A DNA stretch of 64,000 nucleotides from Capsulimonadales bacterium (GTDB taxonomy: Bacteria; Armatimonadota; Armatimonadia; Armatimonadales; Armatimonadaceae). Shown here piece by piece: positions 37,663-47,089 of the stretch. The position numbers were made by a program, and so were the translations under genes. The notes below the pieces were generated by a model. The model ran no database searches. It was not told where the DNA came from and saw nothing but the letters and a program-made list of their open reading frames with translations. Each line of letters begins with the position of its first letter. The stretch's first letter is position 1. The DNA is taken from positions 32,940-96,939 of the forward strand of contig JANRLW010000018.1 of NCBI GenBank assembly GCA_033762295.1, in the 5' to 3' direction.

Positions 37663-39350
37663 TCCGGCTCCCGGACCGTGACCGTTTTGCCGGGCGCGAC
37701 GTCCTTCAGTTCGGACTTTTTCCCGCTCGGCCAGTAGACGGTGACGGTCTTCGCGGACGGTGCCGTGCCCAGGCCGATATGGACCCGTTTATCGGACGAC
37801 GAGAGATAGGAGCCGTCGCTGCCGCACCGTCGAACGATCTGTTTTCCGTCCACGGAGGCGACGATCCGCGCCCCGTAGCCATCACGGTTGCTCTTTTTAC
37901 CGACCAGAGAGAGAGTGATGGCGTTTCCGGCGTCCGGCGTCTCGTTATGGAGCAGGATCGGCGTTCCCTCGCTGTCGACGACCAGCGCATCGACCTTGCC
38001 GTCGTTATCGTAATCGCCGACCGCCAGCCCGCGTCCGACGATCGGTCGCCGTCCGCTCTCCTCGATCCGGGACGTGACATCCTCGAACCGTTCCGCGCCG
38101 TTGTTCCGGAAAAGCATCGTCGGCTGTTTGTAGGACGCGGTCTTGTCGATCTCGGAGATGTTATCCTGTACGTGTCCGCTGGCCAGAATCAGGTCGAGAT
38201 AGCCGTCGTTATCATAGTCGAACCATTTGATCCCGAAGGTGACGAGCGGTGTGGCAGGCGCCATTCCGAGCATCGCGGACTTGTCGGTAAACAGATTCTC
38301 GCCATCGTTATGGTAGATATTCTTCGTCTCGTTCTGGAACGTGGCGACGACGAGGTCCAGTTTGCCATCGTTGTTGTAGTCCCCCCAGTCGATGCCCATG
38401 CCACCGTGGACGTTCCCGTTGTCATCGTAGGCGGTTCCGGAGGTCTTGCCGATATTCTCAAACTTTTCGCCCCGGTTGTGCAGAAGGTCGCCCGGCATCT
38501 CATCGTTGGCGATCGCCAGGCTCACCTTTCCGTTACCGTCGAAATCGGCGACGCTCACTCCCAGGTTCTTGCCCTCCACAAGGTGCGCATCCCACCGGTT
38601 CGTCACATCTCGGAACACGCCGCTCGGGCCGCCAAGATAGAGTTTGCTCTTGATCGGCTTGTAGAAGCGCGGTCCGCACGCGCTTTTGATGCCGTTGTTA
38701 TCGCAGAGCTGCGGCTCGGTCTTCGGGCCGAAATCGACATAGTTCCCGACATACAGATCGAGCAGGCCATCGCCATTGAAATCGGCGAAAGCGGTCGACG
38801 TTCCCCAGGCTTGCGGCGGAATTCCGGCCCGTTTGGAAACGTCCTCGAACCCCTTGCCCTGCCGGTTTCGCAGCAGCGCACCGCCCCGATAGGCGGAAAG
38901 GTAGATATCGGAGTAGCCGTCGTTGTCGTAATCGCCGATCGCACAGCCGAGGAAGTTGCCTTTGAGCGAGTTCAGACCGACCTCGGCGGAGACGTCGGTA
39001 AAAATTCCCTTGCCATCGCCCCGATACAGGGCGGTTTTCGGGCCGACGAGCAACAAATCGAGGTTTCCGTCTCCGTCGTGGTCGAAAAATCCCGCGCCGT
39101 TTCCGATGGTCTGGAGTATATTGAGCGGACGGTTTCCGGCCACGCTCCACCGGTACGTGATGCCCGCCGCTTTGGTGACGTCCGCAAACGACGTAGCGGC
39201 GGAAGCGGTCGGGGCCGCCGAGGACGGCGCAGGCGACTCCGTTTTTCCGGAGATATTCGCCGGATCGCCGGTGACGCCACAACCGCCGCTATGGATTGCG
39301 CCAACAGCGCCGAAGAAGGCGATCAGGGTAAAGAGATGACGTTGATTCAT
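37659..39350 (-). CDS. CRTAC1/ASPIC-UnbV family FG-GAP repeat (lipo)protein
   Basis: Repeated DxDxDGxxD motifs, GMGIDWGD, GRGLAVGD, SNRDGYGA, SYLSS..RVHIGLG and WPSG. Confidence 0.9.
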   Translation of the reverse strand: MNQRHLFTLIAFFGAVGAIHSGGCGVTGDPANISGKTESPAPSSAAPTASAATSFADVTKAAGITYRWSVAGNRPLNILQTIGNGAGFFDHDGDGNLDLLLVGPKTALYRGDGKGIFTDVSAEVGLNSLKGNFLGCAIGDYDNDGYSDIYLSAYRGGALLRNRQGKGFEDVSKRAGIPPQAWGTSTAFADFNGDGLLDLYVGNYVDFGPKTEPQLCDNNGIKSACGPRFYKPIKSKLYLGGPSGVFRDVTNRWDAHLVEGKNLGVSVADFDGNGKVSLAIANDEMPGDLLHNRGEKFENIGKTSGTAYDDNGNVHGGMGIDWGDYNNDGKLDLVVATFQNETKNIYHNDGENLFTDKSAMLGMAPATPLVTFGIKWFDYDNDGYLDLILASGHVQDNISEIDKTASYKQPTMLFRNNGAERFEDVTSRIEESGRRPIVGRGLAVGDYDNDGKVDALVVDSEGTPILLHNETPDAGNAITLSLVGKKSNRDGYGARIVASVDGKQIVRRCGSDGSYLSSSDKRVHIGLGTAPSAKTVTVYWPSGKKSELKDVAPGKTVTVREPD

Positions 39351-39391
39351 AGAGGGCCTAACTCCGTTGTTGTCATCCTATTCTATCGTGT

Positions 39392-41803
39392 CTATCGTGT
39401 TCGCGGCCCGGTGGTCGAATCGTCGGACGCGGTTTTCTCACGATTGCGCAGCGCGAGGGAGCCGGAAACGATCCCCTGGAAGGCATCCATTCGGGGATTT
39501 CTGCCCTGCTTCCGCAGCGTCTCGACAAGCGCGTCCATCTCCTTTTTCGCGACCGGGTTCCCCGGTTTCAGGGAAAGCGCGACCTGATACTGGTTGATCG
39601 CCCGTTCGAAATCGCCGCCCTCGGCGTAGATTCTCGCCAGTTTGACCCGCAGGTCGGGGTCCTTGATCCGTTCACGGGTCAGCATTTCGGTCGCGTTACG
39701 CCGGTCGGAATACTCCTGACGCCGGCGGAACTCCTGACGATAGTAATCGGTCTTCGCCCGGTCTCCGAGCCGGGAATAGGCGAGCGACAGCCGATACCAG
39801 GGCTGGATCAGGTCCGGCTGGGCCTCGTTCGCCATCGTCAGGTAGGGAATCGCCAGTGCGGCCTCGTTCCGGTTGAGATAGAGGTTGCCCAGCGCGAAAG
39901 CGGCGGTGAAGTTCTTCGGTACCAGTGACAGCGAGCGTTTCAGGATCTCCTCGGCCTCGCGCACAAGGGCGTCGTCCTTCCTTTCCGTTCCCAGGTCGCT
40001 CAAAAAACTGCCGAAAAACGCCAGCAGAGTGCCGTTATCCGGCGCGCGTTTCGCCGCCTCTCGATAGTGCCGTTCGGCTTCCGCATTCTTCCGGTTCTTC
40101 GCTTCGACGAACGCCAGATTGACGAGGTAATCCACCTCGTTCGGGTCGGCGGCGACGGCGCGGGCGAAATGCCGCTCGGCCATGCCATAGACCTCCACCC
40201 GCTGATATCCGAGTCCGAGCAGGTTCTGATAGGCCGCGTTTTCCGGACGTTTTTTGACGATCGGTTCCAGATGCTTGATCGCCTCATCGCCGAACCCGAG
40301 ATTCAGGTAGATCTGCGCGATCCAGTACTCGGCGACATCGAGTTCCGGGTCCAGGGCGGCCGCCTTTTGAAACGCACGGAAGGCGTCGGGCTGATTCCCT
40401 TCGGCCATCAGCGCCTGTCCGAGGCCGAGAAAAGCGATCGCCCGTTTCGGATTTTTGACCAGCGCCTGCGTATAAAACCGCTTCGCCTGACCGAACTGGC
40501 GACGCTGCATCTGATCGTCGCCGAGACGCAACAGTTCCTCGACGGAGAGTTTGGCCGGGTCGGCCGCGGCGAGCGGAGGAACCCCGGATCGGATCGCTTC
40601 CTGCGCCGCCTGCAGTTCCCGGCTCACCACGACGTCGCCCGGAGTGCGCGCCAGCAAATGGCGGTATTCACGGACCGCCAGTTCATAGTCCCCGTACCGG
40701 GCGAAAAGCCGCGCCAGTTCCAGTCGCCGGGCGTTGTTCTTTGCCGTATCGCCTTTATCCTGAAAGATCAGGCTCTGCAGATTGAATCGCGCCAGCCGGT
40801 AGGCGCGCAGTTCGTCATGCCGTTTCTGCGTCGCCTGCTCGCGCGGTTTATCCCCGACCTGTCGATAAACCTTGGCCAGTTCGAAGAACCCGTCCGGGTC
40901 GGTCGGCTGCGCCTGCACCACCGCTTCCAGATGCCGGCGGGCTTCCGGCCAGTTCCGCAGACGGATGGCGGTCCGACCGAGAAGCAACCGGACCCCGGCA
41001 TCGTCCGGAGTTTTCTCGAACGCCTGTTTCAGAACGATTTCCGCCCGCTTCGCCCCCTCCTCGTCGGCGGAACGATCGAGTTCCAGCCGTCCGATCTCGC
41101 GCAGCGGCGCGGACTCGGTCGGGGCGAGTTCGGACGCTTTTCGCAGGGAGGTCAGCGCATCGTCGGGACGACGCAATTTGACCAGGATCGTTCCCAGAAG
41201 ATAATGGGACCGCCAGTCGTTCGGAACCAGCGTCAGCGCCGTTCGAATCGCGGTTTCGGCTTCGGCGAACACCTGCAGCGAGTAGGCTTCGGTCGCCTGA
41301 CGTCGCCAGGCGCGAACATTTTTCGGGTCGCTCGCGGTCGCCTTTTTCACGGTTTCGTAGGCGCGAGTGACCGCGTCCTGATTGTGATAGAAGGTGGCGA
41401 GGGCGATCAAAGCGTCCGCATCGTTCGGGTGCGACTTCAGGAAGACATCGAGAACGGCGAACGCCTCCTTCAGTTCTCCCTGCCCCTCGGCGACCCGTGC
41501 CCAGGCGACCCAGGCGTCGGTAAAATCGGCGTCTATTTCGGCGGCCTTCTTCAGAGCGGTCTTGGCTTTCTCGGCCTCGCCTTTCTCCTGATAGCGCAGA
41601 CCCAGCCGGTAGAACGCCTCCGCATTGCCGGTCTCCTTTTGCGTGATCCGTTCGAGTTGTTCGGCGGTCGCCGTTTCCAGCGTCCGGCGAGACCGCTCGC
41701 GGACGAACCAGAGCGTACCGCCGATCAGGCAGCAGAGGACCAGGAGACCGATCTCCAGAACGAGTCGACGACGATGTTTCGTGGATGGGGCGGGAGCGTT
41801 CAT
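39392..41803 (-). CDS. Membrane-anchored multi-TPR protein
   Basis: N-terminal TM followed by many TPR repeats; start 41803 or 41824. Confidence 0.9.
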   Translation of the reverse strand: MNAPAPSTKHRRRLVLEIGLLVLCCLIGGTLWFVRERSRRTLETATAEQLERITQKETGNAEAFYRLGLRYQEKGEAEKAKTALKKAAEIDADFTDAWVAWARVAEGQGELKEAFAVLDVFLKSHPNDADALIALATFYHNQDAVTRAYETVKKATASDPKNVRAWRRQATEAYSLQVFAEAETAIRTALTLVPNDWRSHYLLGTILVKLRRPDDALTSLRKASELAPTESAPLREIGRLELDRSADEEGAKRAEIVLKQAFEKTPDDAGVRLLLGRTAIRLRNWPEARRHLEAVVQAQPTDPDGFFELAKVYRQVGDKPREQATQKRHDELRAYRLARFNLQSLIFQDKGDTAKNNARRLELARLFARYGDYELAVREYRHLLARTPGDVVVSRELQAAQEAIRSGVPPLAAADPAKLSVEELLRLGDDQMQRRQFGQAKRFYTQALVKNPKRAIAFLGLGQALMAEGNQPDAFRAFQKAAALDPELDVAEYWIAQIYLNLGFGDEAIKHLEPIVKKRPENAAYQNLLGLGYQRVEVYGMAERHFARAVAADPNEVDYLVNLAFVEAKNRKNAEAERHYREAAKRAPDNGTLLAFFGSFLSDLGTERKDDALVREAEEILKRSLSLVPKNFTAAFALGNLYLNRNEAALAIPYLTMANEAQPDLIQPWYRLSLAYSRLGDRAKTDYYRQEFRRRQEYSDRRNATEMLTRERIKDPDLRVKLARIYAEGGDFERAINQYQVALSLKPGNPVAKKEMDALVETLRKQGRNPRMDAFQGIVSGSLALRNREKTASDDSTTGPRTR

Positions 41804-41848
41804 ACGATGCTTCGATTCTATCAAACTCGGAAGAACTCCGAAAATGTC

Positions 41849-41885
41849 AAAAAAATGGGCGGGACGGAGTTGACTCCGCCCCGCC
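41849..41885 (-). terminator. Intrinsic terminator after the DUF1559 gene
   Basis: On the minus strand, a GGCGGGGCGGAGT-CA-ACTCCGTCCCGCC hairpin followed by a U-tract. Confidence 0.75.
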
Positions 41886-41913
41886 GTCCGGCTTCACCGG
41901 GGTTCGGGAAGGT

Positions 41914-42879
41914 TTAGTTCCAGTTGCCGCCGTCCGCGTTGTTGATCGGGTTGTTCGGGTCGTTGCACTGGTTGCCACCGTTGGCGCCGAGCATCCGCTG
42001 CTGCGGGTCGATGTTGCGGTTGACCGGCAGGGTGGAGCAGAGGACCGGGTTGCCCTGCGCATCGGCGGTGCGGACCCACTTGGCATGTCCGTCGGCGAAG
42101 CAGGCGTTGCTACCACCGTTATAGAAGGGCAGACCGGAGATACCGGCCCAGCCGCCGTAGTTGCGGCCGACGATCAGGATGGTCTGAACGCCGGACATGG
42201 TCTGTTCCTTGAAGAACTTGCTCTGGGCGAACGCCGGATTGGCGGTGACGTTGCGTCCGTCGAAGAGGCGGGCTTCCTCCGGGACCAGGCTGGCCGCGTT
42301 CTTGTTCCAGCCGTTGTGGCCCTCGATCAGGAGAACGCAGTCGGCCGGAGCGTTGACCGCCGCCTGCGAGCCACCGTCGGAGAAGCGGGACTGCTGGGTA
42401 AAGACCGCGGGATAGCCAGCGGCGTTGGTGCCGACCCGATGGGTCAGGAGGTCGTTGTACAGGATGCTGAACTGGCCGTCGTTGTGGGTCCAGTCGCCGC
42501 CGGCCGGCTGACCGCCCGCGACGGAGCCGTCACCGGGGGAGACGACGATGTTGGCGTTCTTGATGTACGGCTGGGTGACGTTCTGCCAGTTGGTGCCGCC
42601 GCAGGCGTTGCGGCCGCCCGCAGGGCCATCCCATTCACCGGCGTTATCCACGGAGTTGATGCACTCCCAGCCGGCGCGGGGCCACTTCTCATCGTAGTCC
42701 TGGCTGTACATCAGGATGGCGAGGCCCACCTGCTTGATGTTGGAGAGACCGGACGCCTGGCGGGCCTTGGAGCGAGCCTGGGCGAAGACCGGGAAGAGAA
42801 TCGCGGCAAGAATGGCGATAATGGCGATGACGACGAGCAGCTCGATCAGGGTGAAGCCGCTGAGTTTGCGGTTACGCAT
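41914..42879 (-). CDS. DUF1559 / prepilin-type N-terminal cleavage-methylation protein
   Basis: [34 protein letters not shown]-terminal [16 protein letters not shown] (Tyr in place of the His of H-X9-DG). Confidence 0.9.
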   Translation of the reverse strand: MRNRKLSGFTLIELLVVIAIIAILAAILFPVFAQARSKARQASGLSNIKQVGLAILMYSQDYDEKWPRAGWECINSVDNAGEWDGPAGGRNACGGTNWQNVTQPYIKNANIVVSPGDGSVAGGQPAGGDWTHNDGQFSILYNDLLTHRVGTNAAGYPAVFTQQSRFSDGGSQAAVNAPADCVLLIEGHNGWNKNAASLVPEEARLFDGRNVTANPAFAQSKFFKEQTMSGVQTILIVGRNYGGWAGISGLPFYNGGSNACFADGHAKWVRTADAQGNPVLCSTLPVNRNIDPQQRMLGANGGNQCNDPNNPINNADGGNWN

Positions 42880-42984
42880 AAAGGAACAAACCTCCGTTGT
42901 TAATGGTTCTGCGCCGATGGCAGAGAGTTGAGAGACGCGACGGGAAAATATGAAAGCAGGGGAACGACACCGTTCCCCCGCACG

Positions 42985-43284
42985 CTACTTGATGATGCCC
43001 AGTTTGCGGGCCGTATTGTTGATGACCATCGGGGCGTACGGCCCGGTGGCTTCTCGCACCTTCGCCTGTTCTTCAGGAGATAGCTTGCTGAAGTCCCCCT
43101 TGCTCTTCTTGGCCATCTCTTCGAGCATGTTGTTCGTCGCCACGTTCTTGGCCGTAAGCGGCGGGTCCTGAGGACCGAAATTCTTGTATCCCCACCAGCC
43201 CAGCAGTGCGAGCAGCGCGACGGCGGCCACAATCAGCATCCACGGGGCAACTTCCTTCTTTTCACCACCAGCCTGGGACACCAT
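42985..43284 (-). CDS. Small single-TM protein upstream of the DUF1559 gene
   Basis: SD AGGAGG before ATG 43284; APWMLIVAAVALLALLGWWGY TM. Confidence 0.75.
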   Translation of the reverse strand: MVSQAGGEKKEVAPWMLIVAAVALLALLGWWGYKNFGPQDPPLTAKNVATNNMLEEMAKKSKGDFSKLSPEEQAKVREATGPYAPMVINNTARKLGIIK

Positions 43285-43613
43285 GGTTCCCAACCTCCTA
43301 ACGAAAACGGTCGGTCGACGACCGCTCGTGCAACGATATCGGATAAGCCCCTTCCGCAGAAGGGGTCTGTCTGGCAATAACCGCAACAAACACAATCGCT
43401 TTTGCACCGAACATGCGGGCCGTTTTCGCGGGAATGCGGCTCGTTTCGCTTCGGGCTTTGTTGCGAACGCGTGATACCTGATAGGAGACGCAACTTACGG
43501 GAAAAGGGAGAAGGAGAAAAAAGGACTTCACTCTTCTTTGCCGTGGTCGCCTCGCCGTCTGGGTTGGTTGTGAGACATTCTTCAACGAAATACCAACACC
43601 CGACAACAATCGT

Positions 43614-43643
43614 AATATACTTTATCTGCGGAACCCGTGTCAA
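43614..43643 (-). promoter_or_regulatory. Sigma70-type promoter TTGACA-18-TATATT giving a ~320-nt leader
   Basis: tgtcaa 43638-43643 and aatata 43614-43619 on the + strand. Confidence 0.5.
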
Positions 43644-43734
43644 GGTTCACGGCATGTATTTTTCGTCATCCACGGCGGAGGATTCGCGGTTTTTTACTTC
43701 ATTTCATTAAAGAAACGCGTGTTCGCGCCGCTCC

Positions 43735-44820
43735 TCATCGCCGTGCGAACGCGTGTAGCAGTTCCGCCAGCGCGGCACAACCCTCGACCGGGAAGGCGTT
43801 GTAGATCGACGCGCGAAACCCTCCGACGTTGCGATGCCCCGGCAATCCGTCCATGTCCCGTTCCTTCGCCGCCGCCAGAAACTCCGCGTTGCGTGTCTCA
43901 TCGACCAGACGGAACGTGATATTCATCAGCGAGCGATCCTCCCGAACGGCGACCGCCGGCACGTAGACCGCCGGATAGGCGTCCAGCGCGTCGTAGATCA
44001 GCTGCGCCTTTTCCCGGTTCCGCTTCTCCAGAGCGGCGATGCCGCCTTCCGCCCGTACCCACTGCGTGACCAGACCGAGCAGATAGACGGCGAACACCGG
44101 CGGGGTGTTGTACAGCGACTGTTTCTCGGCCTGCACGACATAGGAGAGCATGGGCGACAGATCCTTTTTCGCCGTCTCCAGGAACGCCTTTTTCGCCACG
44201 ACCACCGTCACTCCCGCCGCTCCGGCGTTCTTCTGTGTGCCGAAGTAGAGGAGGGAGAACCGCGAGAAGTCCCGTTCGACGGCGAAGATATCGGAGGACA
44301 TGTCGGCGGTCAGCGGCGCGCCGTTCGTATCCGGCAGGGAGAAGACCTGCGTCCCCTCGATCGTGTTGTTGGTGGTGATATGCGCGTACCGGGCCGTACC
44401 GGGCGCGGAGAAGTTCAGGTCCACGGGCAGGCGGTCGTACTTCGTCGTGGCGGACGACCCCGCGACATGCACCTTGCCGAAACGCTTCGCATCCTTGATC
44501 GCCTTGCCGCCCCACTCCCCGCCATCGACGTAATCGGCGACCTCGTCCGTCCCGAGAAAGTTCATCGGCAGCATCGTGAACTGGAGCGATGCCCCCCCGC
44601 CGAGCAGCATCACGACATACTCGTCGGCCGACAGATTCAGCGTTTGCAGCACGCTCTCCATCGCCCCGGCATGCACGGCGTCGTAGACCTTGCTGCGGTG
44701 GCTGACTTCGAGAACGGACATGCCGGACCCGTTGATTTCGAGAAGGCCACGGCTGGCCTCCTCCAAAACGGGAACGGGCAGAATGGCGGGACCGGCGCTG
44801 AAATTGTAGATACGTCGCAT
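43735..44820 (-). CDS. serC: Phosphoserine aminotransferase
   Basis: NFSAGPA, EVSHRS, GGASLQF, NNTIEG, DMSS, QKN, YNTPP and GHRNVGGFRASIYNA. Confidence 0.97.
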   Translation of the reverse strand: MRRIYNFSAGPAILPVPVLEEASRGLLEINGSGMSVLEVSHRSKVYDAVHAGAMESVLQTLNLSADEYVVMLLGGGASLQFTMLPMNFLGTDEVADYVDGGEWGGKAIKDAKRFGKVHVAGSSATTKYDRLPVDLNFSAPGTARYAHITTNNTIEGTQVFSLPDTNGAPLTADMSSDIFAVERDFSRFSLLYFGTQKNAGAAGVTVVVAKKAFLETAKKDLSPMLSYVVQAEKQSLYNTPPVFAVYLLGLVTQWVRAEGGIAALEKRNREKAQLIYDALDAYPAVYVPAVAVREDRSLMNITFRLVDETRNAEFLAAAKERDMDGLPGHRNVGGFRASIYNAFPVEGCAALAELLHAFARR

Positions 44821-44928
44821 AACGCCCCTTCATGTATCATACGTGCGAGTACCGTGCTACAGCGGGTTTCCGTCAGGTACGCCCGAAACGGAGATATAAT
44901 GTCAGCGTCCCATTTCGGAGGATAGATT

Positions 44929-45525
44929 ATGTCGGTTACTCTCACCTTCCAATCCTCACTCTCCGTCCCTCCCACCGCCAGCGGGCGGAAACGGTGGACG
45001 CGTGACGATGTCGCGTTCCTGAGCAACGCCGGTCTGCTCAACGGGCGTTACGAACTGATCGACGGGGAGTTAATCGATAAAATGGGACAGAACCGCCCGC
45101 ATGCTCTTGCGGTTTCTCTCGTACTCAGCTACCTGTACCTCCGTTTCGGGCCGCGTCGCGTTCAAACACAGGCGACGATGGAAGTTCGGGAGGACGATCG
45201 CCTGACAAATCGCCCGGAGCCGGATGCTGTCGTTCTTCGCACGGAGATCGACCGAAATCCGGAGGGTACGGATGTCCTGCTGGCGGTCGAGATTTCGGAC
45301 ACGACGGCCGCCGACGATCTGGGCTTCAAGGTCGGCCTCTACGCTCGGGCAGGAGTCGCCGAATACTGGGTGCTCGACCTGAACCGACGTCTGCTGATCG
45401 CCTTCCGGCAGCCCGATGCGACGACCGGCGAATGGCGCGAACGTTACGAACGCCGGGAAGGCGACACAATCGCTCCCCTGTCCATGGCTGACCACCCCAT
45501 CGCCCTCGCCGATCTGCTGGCCTGA
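44929..45525 (+). CDS. Uma2 family (DUF820) putative endonuclease
   Basis: YELIDGEL, PEPD, LAVEISDTT and K..LYARAGVAEYWVLD. Confidence 0.9.
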   Translation: MSVTLTFQSSLSVPPTASGRKRWTRDDVAFLSNAGLLNGRYELIDGELIDKMGQNRPHALAVSLVLSYLYLRFGPRRVQTQATMEVREDDRLTNRPEPDAVVLRTEIDRNPEGTDVLLAVEISDTTAADDLGFKVGLYARAGVAEYWVLDLNRRLLIAFRQPDATTGEWRERYERREGDTIAPLSMADHPIALADLLA

Positions 45526-45560
45526 CCCCTGCCTCCTCTCCCCGGTTGAGAGGAGAGGGG
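45526..45560. terminator. Hairpin between convergent genes
   Basis: CCCCT-GC-CTCCTCTC...GAGAGGAG-AGGGG inverted repeat. Confidence 0.55.
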
Positions 45561-45574
45561 CGCCCGCAGGGGTC

Positions 45575-46990
45575 TCAGAAGGTGCTTTTCGGCGTCGTGA
45601 TCGGACACCAGCGCATTGCCTGCAGGTGCTGCAACAGGGTGCGCAACGCGCCGGGCGTTCCGATCCGTTCGAGCGCGATGGCCGCATGACCCCGGACATA
45701 ACGGTTCTCGTCGTCCAGTGCGGCGGCGAGCGCCGGTACGGCGGGGGCCGCCGCCTCGCCGAACTTCGCCAGGCCGTAAGCCGCGTTGAACCGGGTCTGG
45801 CCGTCCGTGTCCCTGAGCAGTCGGATCAGGACGGGAACCGACGATCCGGCATCGTGCCGGACCTGCCCGAGCGCATCGGCGAGATGGCGGCGAACGAACT
45901 CGGACGGATCATCGACAAGAGCGGTCAGCGCGGGCACGGCATCCGCCGCCCTGCCTCCCCGGTCGCCGAGGGCATAGACGGCGTATCCGCGCGTCCGGTC
46001 GTTGTCGGCGCTCAGCGCGGCGACCAGGTCCGGCAGCGAGGCCGCGCCGGTCGTCGTCAGTCCGTAACAGGCCGCCCGTCGCACCTCCTCCCGGTCGTCG
46101 CGCAGTCCCGCGTTCAGAGCGTCACGCCCCGCATCGCCGAGTCCGCCCAGCACATAGGCCGCGCTCAGCCGTCTCTCCTCGGATGCGTCGCGCAACGCAT
46201 CGGCCAGCCGTCCGGCGTCACCGGTCGTCTCCCAGGTCGGGTCGCCGGACAGCCAGCGCCACATCTGCCGCCAGATCGGCGCGCGCGGATGATCGGCCAG
46301 TTCTCCGAGCGGTATCTCCTCGCTCGTCCGGTTCCAGGTCGGCCCCGACGGTTCGTCCATACGGGTGAACTGGAACTTGAACATATAGCGTTCCTGATCG
46401 GAGTGATTCGGGTACGCCCGGTGCCAGAGGTCGAAATGGATCAGCAGGACGGTTCCCGCCTCGCCGACACCCGGCAGACCGATCCCCTCCGGATCGGGCG
46501 GCGCATCGGCGGCCAGAGGCAGGGTCGGCACCCGCGTCTCGAAATACTGACTGCCGGGCACGGTCCCGGTCGGGCCGAGTTCGACCGGCGTATCCTGCGG
46601 GTAGTAGATCGCCATCAGCCAGCGAGGATGGTGGTCCCGAATCTTGCCGTACCCCCAGTAGCTGTCCTTATGCCAGCCGCCGCCGTTGCCGCGCGGCGTG
46701 TTGCTGTGCATGTGGCGATGGACATGCATCACGTAATTCGGCCCGAGCAGTCCGGTCAGCGCGCCCCGGATCGCCGGATGCTCGTAGACCCGGTTCACCT
46801 CCGGCAGACGGGGCAGGATATTGTTCCCCGGATTTCCCTCCTCCGTCAGGATCGCCCTCGTCCGGTCGTAGATACCGCGATGGAAATCGGCGGGAAGGTC
46901 CGCCTTCAGCACACAAAAACCGTTGATAAGAAACTCCCGCACCGTCTCGTCGTTTGCCAGATACCGCTCCAGGTCCGGTTCCACAGCCAT
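45575..46990 (-). CDS. PhyH-family dioxygenase fused to HEAT repeats
   Basis: FLINGF, WHKDSY, GTVPGSQ and FDLWHRA; C-terminal repeats such as L.D....VR..A..ALG. Confidence 0.85.
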   Translation of the reverse strand: MAVEPDLERYLANDETVREFLINGFCVLKADLPADFHRGIYDRTRAILTEEGNPGNNILPRLPEVNRVYEHPAIRGALTGLLGPNYVMHVHRHMHSNTPRGNGGGWHKDSYWGYGKIRDHHPRWLMAIYYPQDTPVELGPTGTVPGSQYFETRVPTLPLAADAPPDPEGIGLPGVGEAGTVLLIHFDLWHRAYPNHSDQERYMFKFQFTRMDEPSGPTWNRTSEEIPLGELADHPRAPIWRQMWRWLSGDPTWETTGDAGRLADALRDASEERRLSAAYVLGGLGDAGRDALNAGLRDDREEVRRAACYGLTTTGAASLPDLVAALSADNDRTRGYAVYALGDRGGRAADAVPALTALVDDPSEFVRRHLADALGQVRHDAGSSVPVLIRLLRDTDGQTRFNAAYGLAKFGEAAAPAVPALAAALDDENRYVRGHAAIALERIGTPGALRTLLQHLQAMRWCPITTPKSTF

Positions 46991-47055
46991 TTGCCCCGCT
47001 CCTTATCCTCGTTCGGTGAACGTTCGACCCTTATGATAGCAAAAATCGCCGCGCC

Positions 47056-47084
47056 TTGACAGTGGTACGCCCCGGACCTATCAT
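47056..47084 (+). promoter_or_regulatory. Sigma70 promoter TTGACA-17-TATCAT, leaderless murJ transcript
   Basis: TTGACA 47056-47061, TATCAT 47079-47084, start codon at 47090 or 47093. Confidence 0.75.
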
Positions 47085-47089
47085 GCAGG

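Noticed and set aside
37422..41917. Long plus-strand ORFs 37422..39587 and 40067..41917
   Set aside because: Antisense to the CRTAC1 and TPR genes; typical stop-poor reverse frames in high-GC DNA, with no motifs.
44929..45525. Uma2 nuclease as a mobile element or defence system
   Set aside because: Solitary gene from a commonly expanded family; no methylase, repeats or integrase nearby.
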